A stretch of DNA of 62,529 nt, counting the filler, from Asterionella formosa (lineage: Eukaryota), in assembly GCA_002256025.1 (NCBI GenBank). It is 23 parts of 23 records of this genome, joined end to end, with 100 filler letters (N's around TTAATTAATTAA, not from the genome) between each part and the next. Parts side by side here need not be neighbours in the genome. Positions count along the whole stretch, not along the records: positions 49,032 to 51,652 come from NKIB01015040.1; positions 51,753 to 54,378 come from NKIB01015042.1; positions 54,479 to 57,095 come from NKIB01015043.1; positions 57,196 to 59,812 come from NKIB01015044.1; positions 59,913 to 62,529 come from NKIB01015045.1; 18 more parts are not named here. One strand, 5' to 3'. The translations under genes were made by a program, and so were the position numbers. Positions 49,388-60,984 of the stretch are shown here, one piece after another; position 1 is the stretch's first letter; each line of letters begins with the position of its first letter. The notes below the pieces were generated by a model. It did not search any database and was not told where the DNA came from. It saw only the letters and a program-made list of their open reading frames with translations.

Positions 49388-50521
49388 CTAGAAAAAAGTG
49401 TACTCGTCAGTCATAGTGATGTGTGTGGTAGCCCCAGTGTCCGCGAGCCAGCGCTCCGTTCCGTTGCTTGATGCGCTGTATTGGTCTTTGTACCACTCGT
49501 CATCCATTGTAGGGACGAAACTCACGCGTAGGAGTTCTTCAGCAGGAGTCTTGGTAGTTTTCTGCGTGACGTCCATGGTACCAGGGATATCGTCCGTTGC
49601 CTCCATATCAGTAATCTCCTCGCAAATTCCGACGTACATTCCGGTTTCTTTTTTCTTCTCACCGCGTGGTGCACGTTTTGGTTCCAGGCAGTCTCTTGCA
49701 ATATGCCCGACATATTTATTGCAATTATAGCACTTCATCTCATTTTTTTGGTTCGTACCGTTTGCATTCGTTCCGCTTGTGTTCGTTTTCGATCGGCACA
49801 CGTCAGCCTTGTGCCCTTGTTTGCCGCAGTTCTTGCAGATACCTTTGTATTTCTGCGTGAATAGGGCGATCTCCTTTGTGCTCTTCATGCCCTTTAGCTT
49901 TCGTTTGTAGAATGCTCGGATCTTTCCTTTCAATTCGTTGAGGCTGATTGTTGTCATGCCCTCGACGACTGTAACAACCTCGCTGTATTCCACTGGAAGC
50001 TTGTCAATAACGTTCGCAATCACTTCCATTTCTTTCTTCTCAAATGACGGGTCGATCGCCATCATCTTGCTTTGTATTAGATCGAGCTCAATGAACCATT
50101 CGTCTGGATCAGAGGAGCTATCGTTCAGCTTGCATTTGTTGAAATCGCTTGCCAGCTGGATCAGGTCCGACACAGAATGGGGGGCATACCTCGCTTCGAG
50201 GTTCTTCCACGCCATGTATGCATCGCCATCGATCAACGTTTTCGTTTTGGCTTGGTTTACGAGTCCAAAGGCGATTCCGGTGCAGCTCATGATGAGCAAC
50301 TGGTACGCCTTGTCGTTGGCCTTGTAGATAGCCCTGACTCCTTTGTCTGTTTCCACTTCGTACTCTTCGTCAGAACACGGGTTGTGGTTCTTGGAGTACA
50401 TCGTTTGGAATCCTCTTGCCTTCGCCAGAGCGAGCGTTTTAACGCTCCACTGGTACCAGTTTGTTTCGTTGCCATCAAACTTGATGAGCCTCATGCTCTC
50501 TTCAGACATTTCTGAAGACAT
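49388..50521 (-). CDS. Copia gag-protease (two CCHC knuckles, DTG protease motif), truncated by a rearrangement
   Basis: CKNCGKQGHKADVC, CYNCNKYVGHIARDC, WLADTGATTH. Confidence 0.92.
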   Translation of the reverse strand: MSSEMSEESMRLIKFDGNETNWYQWSVKTLALAKARGFQTMYSKNHNPCSDEEYEVETDKGVRAIYKANDKAYQLLIMSCTGIAFGLVNQAKTKTLIDGDAYMAWKNLEARYAPHSVSDLIQLASDFNKCKLNDSSSDPDEWFIELDLIQSKMMAIDPSFEKKEMEVIANVIDKLPVEYSEVVTVVEGMTTISLNELKGKIRAFYKRKLKGMKSTKEIALFTQKYKGICKNCGKQGHKADVCRSKTNTSGTNANGTNQKNEMKCYNCNKYVGHIARDCLEPKRAPRGEKKKETGMYVGICEEITDMEATDDIPGTMDVTQKTTKTPAEELLRVSFVPTMDDEWYKDQYSASSNGTERWLADTGATTHITMTDEYTFF

Positions 50522-50550
50522 GTTTAAACACTTAAGTCCGTTTATAAACG

Positions 50551-50939
50551 TGTTAAAGTATTACCTTTTGTATAGATCTATATTGTTAGACAAAGAAGAC
50601 TATAGATAGAGACGTTTGTTTCTCTTTCCATTTCTATATTCTTATTGTGAGTTTACTAATCTAGTTTAGGTTGTTCTGTCTCCAAATGGTGTTTGCATTT
50701 CTTGGAACATACAATCATAGATAGACCCATGTCTATCTCACACTTACTGATCATAGGTATTTAACCATGATCATTCATTTCAAACTATCGGTCTTCCGAA
50801 ATAGCTTATATTGTCCGGCTCATTATAGTCAGGGTAACAAAGTATAATGTGTGGTTGATGAGAGCTTGGTACATCAAAGTGGACACATTCGAATTGTTTG
50901 ACGACAAGTCCTAACTACATAGATGAGCTCACTTTAACA
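50551..50939 (-). mobile_element. 5' LTR (389 bp) of the Copia element
   Basis: TGTTAAAGT...ACTTTAACA 9-bp terminal inverted repeat; homology with the second copy starts exactly at this TG. Confidence 0.85.
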
Positions 50940-51049
50940 TATATTCCCTGCAATGTATAAACCGGTACACCATTACAGTATATATGAAAGTAATAAATTT
51001 GGTGTTGAAAGGGGCTATGTGTATATGATTCACACATATCAACAACCGA

Positions 51050-51652
51050 TATTAATAAATATCAATTGCAGAATCTCCAAGATAAAGTGTAGTCAAGACA
51101 GTATTGTCCTTTCAAGCCTCTGCAATGGCCTTGGCTCCATCATTACCAATTGAATTATTTCCGAGATTAAGTATAGTCAAGACAGTATTGATATCAATTG
51201 AAGAATCTCCGAGATAAAGGGTAGTCAAGACAGTATTGTCCTTGCGAGCCTCTGCAATGGCCTTGGCTCCATCAACACCAATTGAATTACTTCCTAGATT
51301 AAGTTTAGTCAAGACAGTATTGACCTTGAGAGCCTCTGCAATGGCCTTGGCTCCGTCAACACCAGTTGAATTACGATAGAGATTAAGTATAGTCAAGACT
51401 TTATTGACCTTGAGAGCCTCTGCAATGGCCTTGGCTCCATCAACACCAATTGAATTACTTCCGAGATAAAGTATAGTCAAGACAGTATTGACCTTGAGAG
51501 CCTCTGCAATAGCCTTGGCGCCATCAACACCAATTGAATTACTTTCGAGAGAAAGTCCAGTCAAGACAGTATTGACCTTGAGAGCCTCTGCAATGGCCTT
51601 GGCTCCGTCAACACCAATTGAATTAAAATAGAGATAAAGTGTAGTCAAGACA
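51050..51652 (-). CDS. RI-like (NLRC3-type) 28-aa leucine-rich repeat array, 3' part; TGA at 51112-51114 within a repeat unit
   Basis: About 7 units of GVDGAKAIAEALKVNTVLTxLxLxxNSI encoded by 84-bp near-identical DNA. Confidence 0.9.
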
Positions 51653-51951
51653 NNNNNNNNNNNNNNNNNNNNNNNNNNNNNNNNNNNNNNNNNNNNTTAA
51701 TTAATTAANNNNNNNNNNNNNNNNNNNNNNNNNNNNNNNNNNNNNNNNNNNNTAGGAATGGATGAATTTGCAAACTCCGCTACTAGGTACCGGTCGTACT
51801 TATTATTGACAACGGGTGCTCTGTCGTATGGACTCCGGAGTATCTGTTGTTACCAGTACCATGCCATCATCATCACGACCGTCACTCGGAGTGTGCAAAC
51901 CATTTTTGCTTTTGTTGTTTACCAAGGTTACCGGTGTCAACAGGTCACGTA

Positions 51952-52381
51952 TGTTAAAGTGAGCTCATCTAGTAGTTAGGACTCCGAGTGAAACGAGTCA
52001 AATGATTCGAATGAGTCAACTTTGATGTACCAAGCTCTCATCAACCACACATTATACCTTGATACTCCGCCTATAATGAGCCAGAGCAACAATATAAGCT
52101 ATTTCGGAAGACCGATGGTTTGAAAATGAATGATCATGGTTAAAAACCTATGATCAGTAAGTGTGAGATAGACATGGGTCTATCTATGATTGTATGTTTC
52201 TAGTAGAAATGCAAACAGCATTTGGAGAATAGTTCATTTGTTTGTTCAAACAGAACAACCTAAACTAGATAAGTAAACTCACAATAAGAATATAGAAACG
52301 GAAAGAGAAACAAACATCTCTATCTATAGTCTTCTTTGTCTAACAATATAGATCTATCAAAAAGGTAATACTTTGTTAACA
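51952..52381 (+). mobile_element. 5' LTR of a second copy of the same Copia family
   Basis: TGTTAAAGTGAGCTC...GTTAACA, homologous to 50551-50939. Confidence 0.8.
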
Positions 52382-52409
52382 TGTTTATAAACGAACTTAA
52401 GTGTTTAAC

Positions 52410-54378
52410 ATGTCTACAGAAATGTCTGAAGAGAGCATGAGGCTCATCAAGTTTGATGGCAACGAAACGAACTGGTACCAGTGGAGCTTTAAAACGCTTG
52501 TTCTGGCGAAGGCAAGAGGATTCCGAACGATGTACTCCAAGAACCACAACCCATGCTCTGACGAAGAGTACGAAGTCGAGACAGACAAAGGAGTCAGGAC
52601 AATCTATGAGGCCAACGACAAGGCCTAGCTACCAGCCAGTTGCTCATCATGAGCTGCACCGGAATTGCCTTCGGACTCGTAAACCAAGCCAAAACGAAAA
52701 CGTTGATCGATGACGATGCATACATGGCGTGGAAGAACCTCGAAACAAGGTATGCTCCCCATTCTGTGTCGGACCTGATCCAGCTGGCAAGCGATTTCAA
52801 CAAATGCAAGCTGAACGATGATAGCTCCTCTGGTCCAGACGAATGGTTCATTGAGATCGATCTAATACAAAGCAAGATGATGGCAATTGACCCGTCTTTT
52901 GAGAAGAAAGAAATATGCGAACGTTACCAACAAGCTTCCAGTGGAGTACAGCGCGGTTCTTGTTACAGTCGTCGAGGGCATGACAACAATCAGCCTCAAC
53001 GAATTGAAAGGCAAGATCCGAGCATTCTACAAACGAAAGCTAAAGAGCACGAAGAGCACAAAGGAGATCGCCCTATTCACGCAGAAATACAAAGGTATCT
53101 GCAAGAACTGCGGCAACCAAACACAAGCGGAACGAATGCAAATGGCACGAACGAAAAAATCAGATGAAGTGCTATAATTGCAATAAACATGTCGGGCATA
53201 TTGCAAGCGACTACCCGGAACCAAAACGCGCACTATGCGGCGAGAAGAAAAAAGAAACCGGCATGTACTACATCGGAATGTGCGAGGAGATTACCAGTAT
53301 GGAGGCGACGGACGCTATCCCTGGTACCATGGACGTGATGCAGAATACTACCAAGACTCCTACTGAAGAACTCCTACGCGTATATTTCGTCCCTACAATG
53401 GAAGACGAGTGGTACGAAGACCAATACTGCGCATCAAGCAACGGAACGGAGCGCTGGCTCGCGGACACTGGGGCTATAACGCACATCACTATGACTGACG
53501 AATAAATGACAAACGTCGAAAATGTCAACGTCTCGGTCATTGTTGGTGACGGTAAAGAGGTGGTATGCATGAAACGAGGTGATATTCTGATTACCAATAA
53601 AACGTGTTCCATGTTACTACGCAAGGTACTCTACACTCCACTCTTCCACAAGAATATAGTCAGTATCGGGCAATTTGTCAAGAACAGAGGGTGCGAGGCA
53701 CGCAAAAAGGGGTCTGAGTTGAGTCTTCATGAGGAAGGGTACAACAACGAACTTACCTTTTCTTGTGAAGATCAAGGCGTCCTTTACTACTTCAAGGGAA
53801 AACGTACCCTACAATCCGAAACGGTCTTGTCTATCCATGACTTGACAACAAGCCGTACAGCCGATCCTACTCCAACGATTACCAAGACAGTGACGCAACT
53901 TTCTACAGCAAAAACTACCAAAAAACCAACGCAAATTGACATCAACGAGGCCCACGACAAATACGGCCACATCAGCAAGGCATCCCTTCGCGCAACGCTA
54001 AAGGCCCTCGGTATTGAACCTACGGGCAAGATTCAGTCGTGTGAAGGCTGCGCACTAGCTAAGGCAAAGGCCAAAGCGGTACCTAAAGTCACGACCCTGA
54101 AGGCCACTACTCCTGCTGAACGATTGTACGTGGACATTTCAGGTCCCTACAAGAAATCTCTAATTGGAAGCAACTACTGGATTCTATTTGTGGATCAAGA
54201 CACAGGCAAGGCATGGAGTTATTTTGTTAACAAGAAGAGTCTTTTGGCGAGCATCGCGGATGCCCTACTGACTACACTCAAGTCAGCGGGCTATGTAGTA
54301 CGCTTCCTACGCTGCGACAACGCCAGTGAAAACATGACCAGTCTAAGTATCGTCTGCACCACGCAGGGTATTCAGATT
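52410..54378 (+). pseudogene. Copia gag-PR-integrase, frameshifted
   Basis: Close to the 49388-50521 ORF; WLADTGA, HDKYGH...CEGC (HHCC), VDISGP, RCDNASEN. Confidence 0.93.
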
Positions 54379-54479
54379 NNNNNNNNNNNNNNNNNNNNNN
54401 NNNNNNNNNNNNNNNNNNNNNNTTAATTAATTAANNNNNNNNNNNNNNNNNNNNNNNNNNNNNNNNNNNNNNNNNNNNT

Positions 54480-54671
54480 ACAAAAGATTTCAAGGAACTT
54501 GTAGGGGACTGCGAGGCAAACTGGGAGGATCTTCGTGTTATACACGTGAAGAATATGGAAGAAGTAGAAACTTTCCTGTTCGATCCCAGGTTAGACCAAG
54601 ACGCAATTACTATAAAAATGATTCGTACGCTACAGGCAATTTTCAGGTGCCTCTTCTATATGAGATCATAA
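54480..54671 (+). CDS. 3' end of an unidentified gene (weak resemblance to a Lon protease C-terminus)
   Basis: Open from the contig start: TKDFKELVGDCEANWEDLRVIHVKNMEEVETFLF...; the stop lies about 24 nt from the THOC1 stop. Confidence 0.25.
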   Translation, partial: TKDFKELVGDCEANWEDLRVIHVKNMEEVETFLFDPRLDQDAITIKMIRTLQAIFRCLFYMRS

Positions 54672-54694
54672 AAGCAAGCAGGTCACTAGCCGCA

Positions 54695-57076
54695 TTAACG
54701 TCCTCTCCGGTGTTCGCCGTCCCTGTGGCCTAAACCATTGCTTCCGGTAGCACCTCTTTCATCTCGGAAGCCTCCACCAAAGCCGCCAATGCGTCTGTCA
54801 GCGCGGCCCTGTTCACGACGTTGGTCCCCTCTTGATTGACCCTCCCGGAAATCGGCTCGACTCTCTCTACCTCCACGAGGTTCATCGCGTTGAGTGTCAT
54901 GCCGACGAATGTCACTTCGAAGCGGGCTATTTTTTTCATTCCGACGACTGTCATCCTTTCCGTTTTCGGTTCCTGCGATTTCCCGTCGTCCTTCAATATC
55001 CCTGTCACCAGTGAATATTTTCCCCGCTACATTACTAGGAGCAATAAGTTGTTTCTCTACTCCCGCTGCTTTTTCGAATCGAAGACGGACATCTCGGCTG
55101 GTTGAAGAACTTTCGAATCGTTTTCTTTTGTGTTCTGTGTCGCCACAATTAGGAATCGTCGGTGTTTTTCCTTCCTCGGTAGCAACAAGAACGTCTTCTA
55201 CTTTCTTGGTTAAGCTTATTTGGTTGCTTTGAACGTCAATTTCCTGTCGCTTCCTTTGGGCTTCCTGTCTTTCCCGTTTCCTGTTGTCATACTCAAGCTG
55301 GTCTTCTTCCTCGGCCATGGCGCGTTCCATTGCACTCATACCCGCGTATCGCTTTTCTTTTTCTTCGCCCGACACCATATCGTCATCATCGTCAACTTGT
55401 TCAGCGATGGTGTTTTGGAGATCGTCGCCAGCTACCTTGTCTCCTGATTCGACACAGTATTTTGCGATATCTTCAGCCGTCGGTAACTGCTCGGAGTCTA
55501 TCACAACGTTGTCTGCGACATCTTGCATTTCGGCATCAATTTTTTCAATGGAGCCGGTCACCGTTTCGTCCTCGGCGCCTTCAGGAGGTGAATTTTTGGG
55601 CATTTCAATTCCTTCTTTCTTCTTCTCGACTTGATCCTCCATCTCATCGCCTCCTCCATATGACAAGGGTTGACCAGGAATGTCAGTGTTTCTTTCCGTC
55701 TTATAAATGTATCGGACCAAGTTCTCAAAGTCTCCAGTTTCTTTCTGTATCAAATTGAAATTTCCAAGGTATTTCTTGCTCAGCAGACGCATCGCTCTCC
55801 AGCAAAACAGCTTATCATTCTTCGGATGATACTCTGCTTCAATACCAGAGTCGGGGTCAAGGGCTTCTTTGTAATCTTCTAGAAATTCGAAGACGTCTGG
55901 GACAGAACTCCCCATCTCTTGTGATACTTTCGCCAATTCAGGCATGGAAATACTTTTAAGTAAGTCGTCCTCGTCGTTGCTGCTGCCATTCGCGAACAGG
56001 TGAGGTACTGGTTTCTTTGGTTGTTGTTGTACAGAGGGAAAAACTTCAGGAAAGTCAGGTTTACATTTGTTTTGCTTCCAGGCCCGCCAGAATTCTTCGC
56101 GTTCTGTCAGTAGCCAATCCAACGTCATTGCATATTCTTCGCCGCCTACCTTGTTCAACAAATCCTTGGCGCGGTTGGCAAGGGTTTGCAGTGTTGATTT
56201 CAAATTGGGCGACTTAGTCGAAAGTAAGGATTCAATAATGAGAAATTGAGTCAATACGTGGACTTTGAGCGAAGCATCATGAAGCTGGATAGGGAATATG
56301 CGGAATCCAGTCAAGTAGTCCAGCGATTCGGGAGTAGTTTTTTGATTTGGAGTTCCTTCGAGACCAGATAGAATCACTCTCATTCTATTGATAAATGCGC
56401 CCAACTCAATTTTGTATGGATTCGCGAAATCTTGCTGAACCCCCCAGAAAGATTGATAGAGTGAATACTCTACACTGTTTTCGAACTCCCGGGAACTGTC
56501 GATCGCGAGCTCTGGACTACCAGAAACACTTCCGTATGACTTCATCGATGATTTGTCGGACAGTGGTAATACTCTAGACAGATCCAACATGACAGCTCCT
56601 TCCCATTGGCTGTGTCCCTTGAAACGCTTAAGAAGCTGATTGCATGCTTTGATGAACTGTAGGACGTGTAAGTTTGTCTTGGTGGGTGCCCACAAGACAC
56701 CTTGGCAGAGCGTTTCTGCTGGCTTTGCTTGTGTCCAAAAATCCTTCAAGGTTTGGCCGAAAAGCGCCTCAACGATATCTTCCAGAATCAAGAATGGAAG
56801 TTTTCGACAAGATTCCATCTGCTGAGAGATCAGTAGGTGAATGCAGATATCAGTAGTCTCCTTCCACGTCTGGATAAGGTCAGCCAGGAGCGTATCCTGA
56901 TCCCAAGTCTCTTCGCATTTACCAATGATAACATTACGCAGAGCATTTTCTAAAATATCAAAGCGCACAGCTGAACTCTGGTCGGTGGAATCGATTGCCT
57001 TTTGAACGATTTCGGCAAGAGGAGTGCTCAATTGACACATCGTGATCGTGATGGAGACTGATGCCGTAGCCGCCAT
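54695..57076 (-). CDS. THOC1: THO complex subunit 1 (Hpr1), apparently intronless, with an acidic and RG/RD-rich C-terminus
   Basis: LPLSDKS, YQSFWGVQQDFANP, YLT..IFPIQLHD..L..HVLTQFLI, REEFWRAWKQNKC, DPDSGIEAEYHPK...WRAMRLL. Confidence 0.88.
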   Translation of the reverse strand: MAATASVSITITMCQLSTPLAEIVQKAIDSTDQSSAVRFDILENALRNVIIGKCEETWDQDTLLADLIQTWKETTDICIHLLISQQMESCRKLPFLILEDIVEALFGQTLKDFWTQAKPAETLCQGVLWAPTKTNLHVLQFIKACNQLLKRFKGHSQWEGAVMLDLSRVLPLSDKSSMKSYGSVSGSPELAIDSSREFENSVEYSLYQSFWGVQQDFANPYKIELGAFINRMRVILSGLEGTPNQKTTPESLDYLTGFRIFPIQLHDASLKVHVLTQFLIIESLLSTKSPNLKSTLQTLANRAKDLLNKVGGEEYAMTLDWLLTEREEFWRAWKQNKCKPDFPEVFPSVQQQPKKPVPHLFANGSSNDEDDLLKSISMPELAKVSQEMGSSVPDVFEFLEDYKEALDPDSGIEAEYHPKNDKLFCWRAMRLLSKKYLGNFNLIQKETGDFENLVRYIYKTERNTDIPGQPLSYGGGDEMEDQVEKKKEGIEMPKNSPPEGAEDETVTGSIEKIDAEMQDVADNVVIDSEQLPTAEDIAKYCVESGDKVAGDDLQNTIAEQVDDDDDMVSGEEKEKRYAGMSAMERAMAEEEDQLEYDNRKRERQEAQRKRQEIDVQSNQISLTKKVEDVLVATEEGKTPTIPNCGDTEHKRKRFESSSTSRDVRLRFEKAAGVEKQLIAPSNVAGKIFTGDRDIEGRREIAGTENGKDDSRRNEKNSPLRSDIRRHDTQRDEPRGGRESRADFREGQSRGDQRREQGRADRRIGGFGGGFRDERGATGSNGLGHRDGEHRRGR

Positions 57077-57195
57077 GCTCAAATGAATTCGTTATNNNNN
57101 NNNNNNNNNNNNNNNNNNNNNNNNNNNNNNNNNNNNNNNTTAATTAATTAANNNNNNNNNNNNNNNNNNNNNNNNNNNNNNNNNNNNNNNNNNNN

Positions 57196-58310
57196 TTTAG
57201 TTTACAATTTGTTGTTGTCCTGCCTCCCAATGATTGTCATCCAAGTACCACATTGATGGCTTCATTACCTTAAACATACTCCATCCTTCGAAGGCGCAAT
57301 GTGTCGAAGCCACAATGTTTTTCGTTATGTATTGCGTAAACTTTCCTTTCTTGTCATGTGCTTTACTACAGTGTTTCTTTTCATGAAGCAGGCATTGTTT
57401 GTGAACATGACAAAACGATTTCAAATCTATTTGCCATGCATATAGTTATAAAATTTGTAAATATATAAATATATCAAGTGTCGTACATTTATAAAAAGCA
57501 AAGGCACTCTCAATATGGAACTTCTGGTATTGTTGAGAGGATCATATTCGCATATAGATAATTCGAAAATATTCAATGCACTATATGTCCATGATTGTTT
57601 TCCGCGACTTCGTGTACTGGTACTGTTTTTTTGAAATTTGTTTGCATCAATATTTTTTACGTCCATTGGAACTAATCATTTAGACCATTCAATTGGTGTA
57701 CTAAGTCATAGCCCATTTGTATCATTATTTTACGCGAGGATTTTGGTAGCAAATTGTTTAAGCCCCTTTTTTGGGCGGGAGTTCTTCATGTGTACTGGTA
57801 CATCATATGACAATAACATTTTATTATATATATACAGAGTACCAGTAGCAGGTAGGAAGTGATATACTGGGGGTACCAGAAATTCAGAGTACCAGGTAGT
57901 AAGCGAGCAACAGAGCACCACCATATGGTCAGGACTGTTGCTACTACTGTGGGACAGTAAATCATCATAGTTTTAGGATTGTACAATCGTAAAATTGAAA
58001 GAGAGTAGTCGGAGTAGTAAGCGAGCAACAGAACACCATATGTTCATGACTGCTGCTACTGCAGCAGAACAGTAAATCATCATAATTTAAGGATTGTATA
58101 ATCGTATAATTGAAAACAAGATATGCTATTACTCAAACTCGGTTCTGATTTTGTATATGATAATGTAAACAACACTGTTGGTCTTATGGTATCATATCTA
58201 GACAGCAGCGTAAAATATTATATGTAGTGGTGGCTGATGATTCATTTCATTGTAGCTAGCAACAACTGATTTTAAGATCATCAAACTTTAAGGAAGACAA
58301 TGACAACAGT
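57196..58310 (+). mobile_element. Diverged third copy of the dispersed element carrying the ~92-bp array
   Basis: Colinear with 26045-27167 and continues through taaggaagacaatgacaacag into a downstream gene. Confidence 0.85.
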
Positions 58311-58328
58311 TATCTAGTAGTACAAGCA

Positions 58329-59812
58329 ATGTCTTCAAAAAACATAAAGAGGTTCATGGAAACAAGCGACATGTGGCAAATACTGCCGGTATTGAACAAA
58401 GTAGCAAGTACCAAAATGAGTTAACAAAGAAAAAGCGAATAGGCGATTATCTAGAGGAACCCAATTGGCGACAGGGAGTTAGTGGGGGTACTACCCCATC
58501 GTCGATGGGGACACCATCAGCTACCAGCACAAAGGATCCCGTAATTGATACTGAAAGCAATGATGACGTTTCTTTTTCAGTTGTTGATACAAGAAAAATG
58601 GCTCCTGTTGATGATACCATTAATAACTCCCGGATGCAGATGGACAACATGGTACCATATATTAAATATTCTAGTCGCATGGACCAACAAGTACATGACA
58701 AGCTGAGGGGAAAACATTTTGCACTTGCCAAAGGACATTATCAATTGGTCAATGAACTCAATCACTACAAAGGTCATAATTCGGTTCAAAACTCGCTTGT
58801 CCATACGAGGTTATCAAGAATCTTCAATTTCAACAGCCTTATCAGAACGTCGTTCCCGCTTAGCTAAAGTTGAACCGATCCATCAATTGTCACAAAGGTT
58901 GTGAGTTTTATTTTCAAGACCAAGAAGTTTTGCTGTGAACATGTAAGTTTGAGGTGATAGTTCGTGAATTGCAGGTACTGTAAAACAGAATATCAATCTA
59001 ATGTGCTTTTTTCTGGTCCAAAAGAGACTCAAACATCCCGCCCTATCTGGTCCAGGTAGTAGTATGAAAGAAATTTCTAATCACAAACAGGATTGGTTTG
59101 CCCAATGTTGCCTAACTCGGCTATACATTGTGAAACCGGAGTTAGGCAAAGAATTGGAGAGTGACCCAGAGCTTACCGATTTCATATGGAATGGTTCTGA
59201 TGCACTACTTCCAATGAATCAGACCATTGAACGTACCAACAAGGCATGTTTAAATTATATTAAATCAACATTTGGTGGCATGTGCATTAAAAAGTTGAGC
59301 GATAGAATGTCAGAATGTATTGAATAATCAATTTAAAGGATTCTTCGGTAAGTTCTTGCAGGGAGATCCTCCGAAAGCATGATGTTTTGAGTCGGTGATT
59401 ATATTCTTATCAAATATGTTTCAATTCAAAATTTCTAAACTAATTCATGATACTCCAGCTGGTCTAACAGAATAAAACTTCCAGACTATGGATATCGATG
59501 ACTTTACCAAGTCTTGCGTGATGTTCTTGCTTCAGTGTAGTATTTTTTTTAGGCAGGACAAGCCGTGGAGAACCGTTTCTATCAGGAGACCAATCCGGTG
59601 TGACCAAATTTTAACTCAGTCTTCGGGCACAGTGTGAATTGCAATCACGCTTTGTTGGATTGCTGATCAATGCCAGTACAGAAGAATTTTTCTTCTTGGT
59701 GCTGAAAGGAAAATTCCGATTGAAACAAAAATATTTGGATTTCAATCCACATACCGATGAAACTTCAGAGAACGATATTCGTCATTCTACTGATTTTGTC
59801 GACATTGGTGGG
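58329..59812 (+). pseudogene. Unknown multi-exon or frameshifted gene downstream of the dispersed element, probably element-encoded
   Basis: ATG at 58329; same-strand ORF pieces 58373-58867, 58719-58904, 59001-59327 and 59639-59812; possible intron ~58899-58974. Confidence 0.4.
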
Positions 59813-60154
59813 NNNNNNNNNNNNNNNNNNNNNNNNNNNNNNNNNNNNNNNNNNNNTTAATTAATTAANNNNNNNNNNNNNNNNNNNNNNNNNNNNNNNN
59901 NNNNNNNNNNNNTAATTCGCGTAGATTTCTTGCATGGTTTGAGGACTGGTTTGGTATCATTATGTACCGGTAGTCAGGAAGGAAAAGCACATGTTTGTAG
60001 CCAGCCCGTAACCGTTGAATTTTCGTGATACTTTTTGGTGATACAAATTCATTTTTATTTTTGTGGAGAATGGATTTTTTCGGTTTAAATCGAGTATCCG
60101 TTACATGATACTTTTTCAAAAAAAATGATACCAAATCGAAAATGATAAGAACGA

Positions 60155-60490
60155 CCCTAAGAATTTTCGCATCCAATATTTATATCACGATCACACACAA
60201 ATGCATTCAGCCACATTAAATGCTTGTGCCTATCAATACCACTGCAATATCGCCCTCATCCCTACTAAGCTCCTGCCCTTCCACAAGCACAACATGCATC
60301 AAGAGGCCGAATTGGATATGGAGAATACTTTTCTCCATGGCAATAAGTCTCCAAATATCAAAATATCTTGCCAACAAGTTCTGTCTGGTTATTGGCAGCA
60401 GCGCAACACTGTTGCGCTTGTACCATGTCACCATTGTTTTCAATTCAGCTACGTTGTAGCTTCCAGCTTCCTTTCCAGTCTCTCTGATGA
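60155..60490 (-). pseudogene. Second copy of the pogo-like transposase 3' end (homolog of ~12325-12645)
   Basis: ELKTMVTWYKRNSVALLPITRQNLLARY; high DNA identity. Confidence 0.75.
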
Positions 60491-60833
60491 GTGATGTATT
60501 TATGCTACTTTTTTGAAATATTATGTTACTTTTTCCCTAATTTATTCGGGTTAAACAAAAATTTATTTCACTTATTGAATAATTATGTGATCACACCAAT
60601 AATTATGTGTGTTCGTGACAAAAAAATGGTGACCAACTAGCCATCGCAACAGTATAAAAGCGAAATTATGCTGCTCCGCCGCAATATTATGATGCTTTCA
60701 CCGTATAATGAACGAAAGAGTTGCCAATTCTGATTCACTAATTATTTTTTCCGCTCCGACATATTTCTTTGATCTGAACTGGCAAAGAATAACACATGCA
60801 AGAGGAAGATTCACACTGTAGAATTCAGCACAC

Positions 60834-60876
<43 letters not shown>
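60834..60876. repeat. (GTA)n microsatellite
   Basis: About 14 GTA units. Confidence 0.95.
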
Positions 60877-60877
<1 letters not shown>

Positions 60878-60984
60878 TGATGTTGTAGACACATTGTTTA
60901 GTCATTGTTGATTGTAGAGATTACAATAGCCTGTCAGATTAAAAATAAAGCACCGTTGGTACTCGTTGAGCATCGTTGAGTATT

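Larger units (their letters stand above)
2632..59912. other. 22 artificial 100-nt contig spacers (N44-TTAATTAATTAA-N44) starting at 2632, 5360, 8087, 10813, 13541, 16267, 18992, 21720, 24445, 27168, 29890, 32603, 35325, 38047, 40769, 43490, 46211, 48932, 51653, 54379, 57096, 59813
   Basis: Identical N-run/six-frame-stop linker about every 2.72 kb; intervening contigs are all about 2.61-2.63 kb, consistent with size-sorted concatenation. Confidence 0.99.

Noticed and set aside
49388..54378. Apparent large inverted structure of two Copia copies flanking an LRR gene
   Set aside because: The copies are on different contigs separated by the spacer at 51653-51752; relative orientation is arbitrary.
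60698..60892. Poly-Thr protein
   Set aside because: Translation of a (GTA)n microsatellite.
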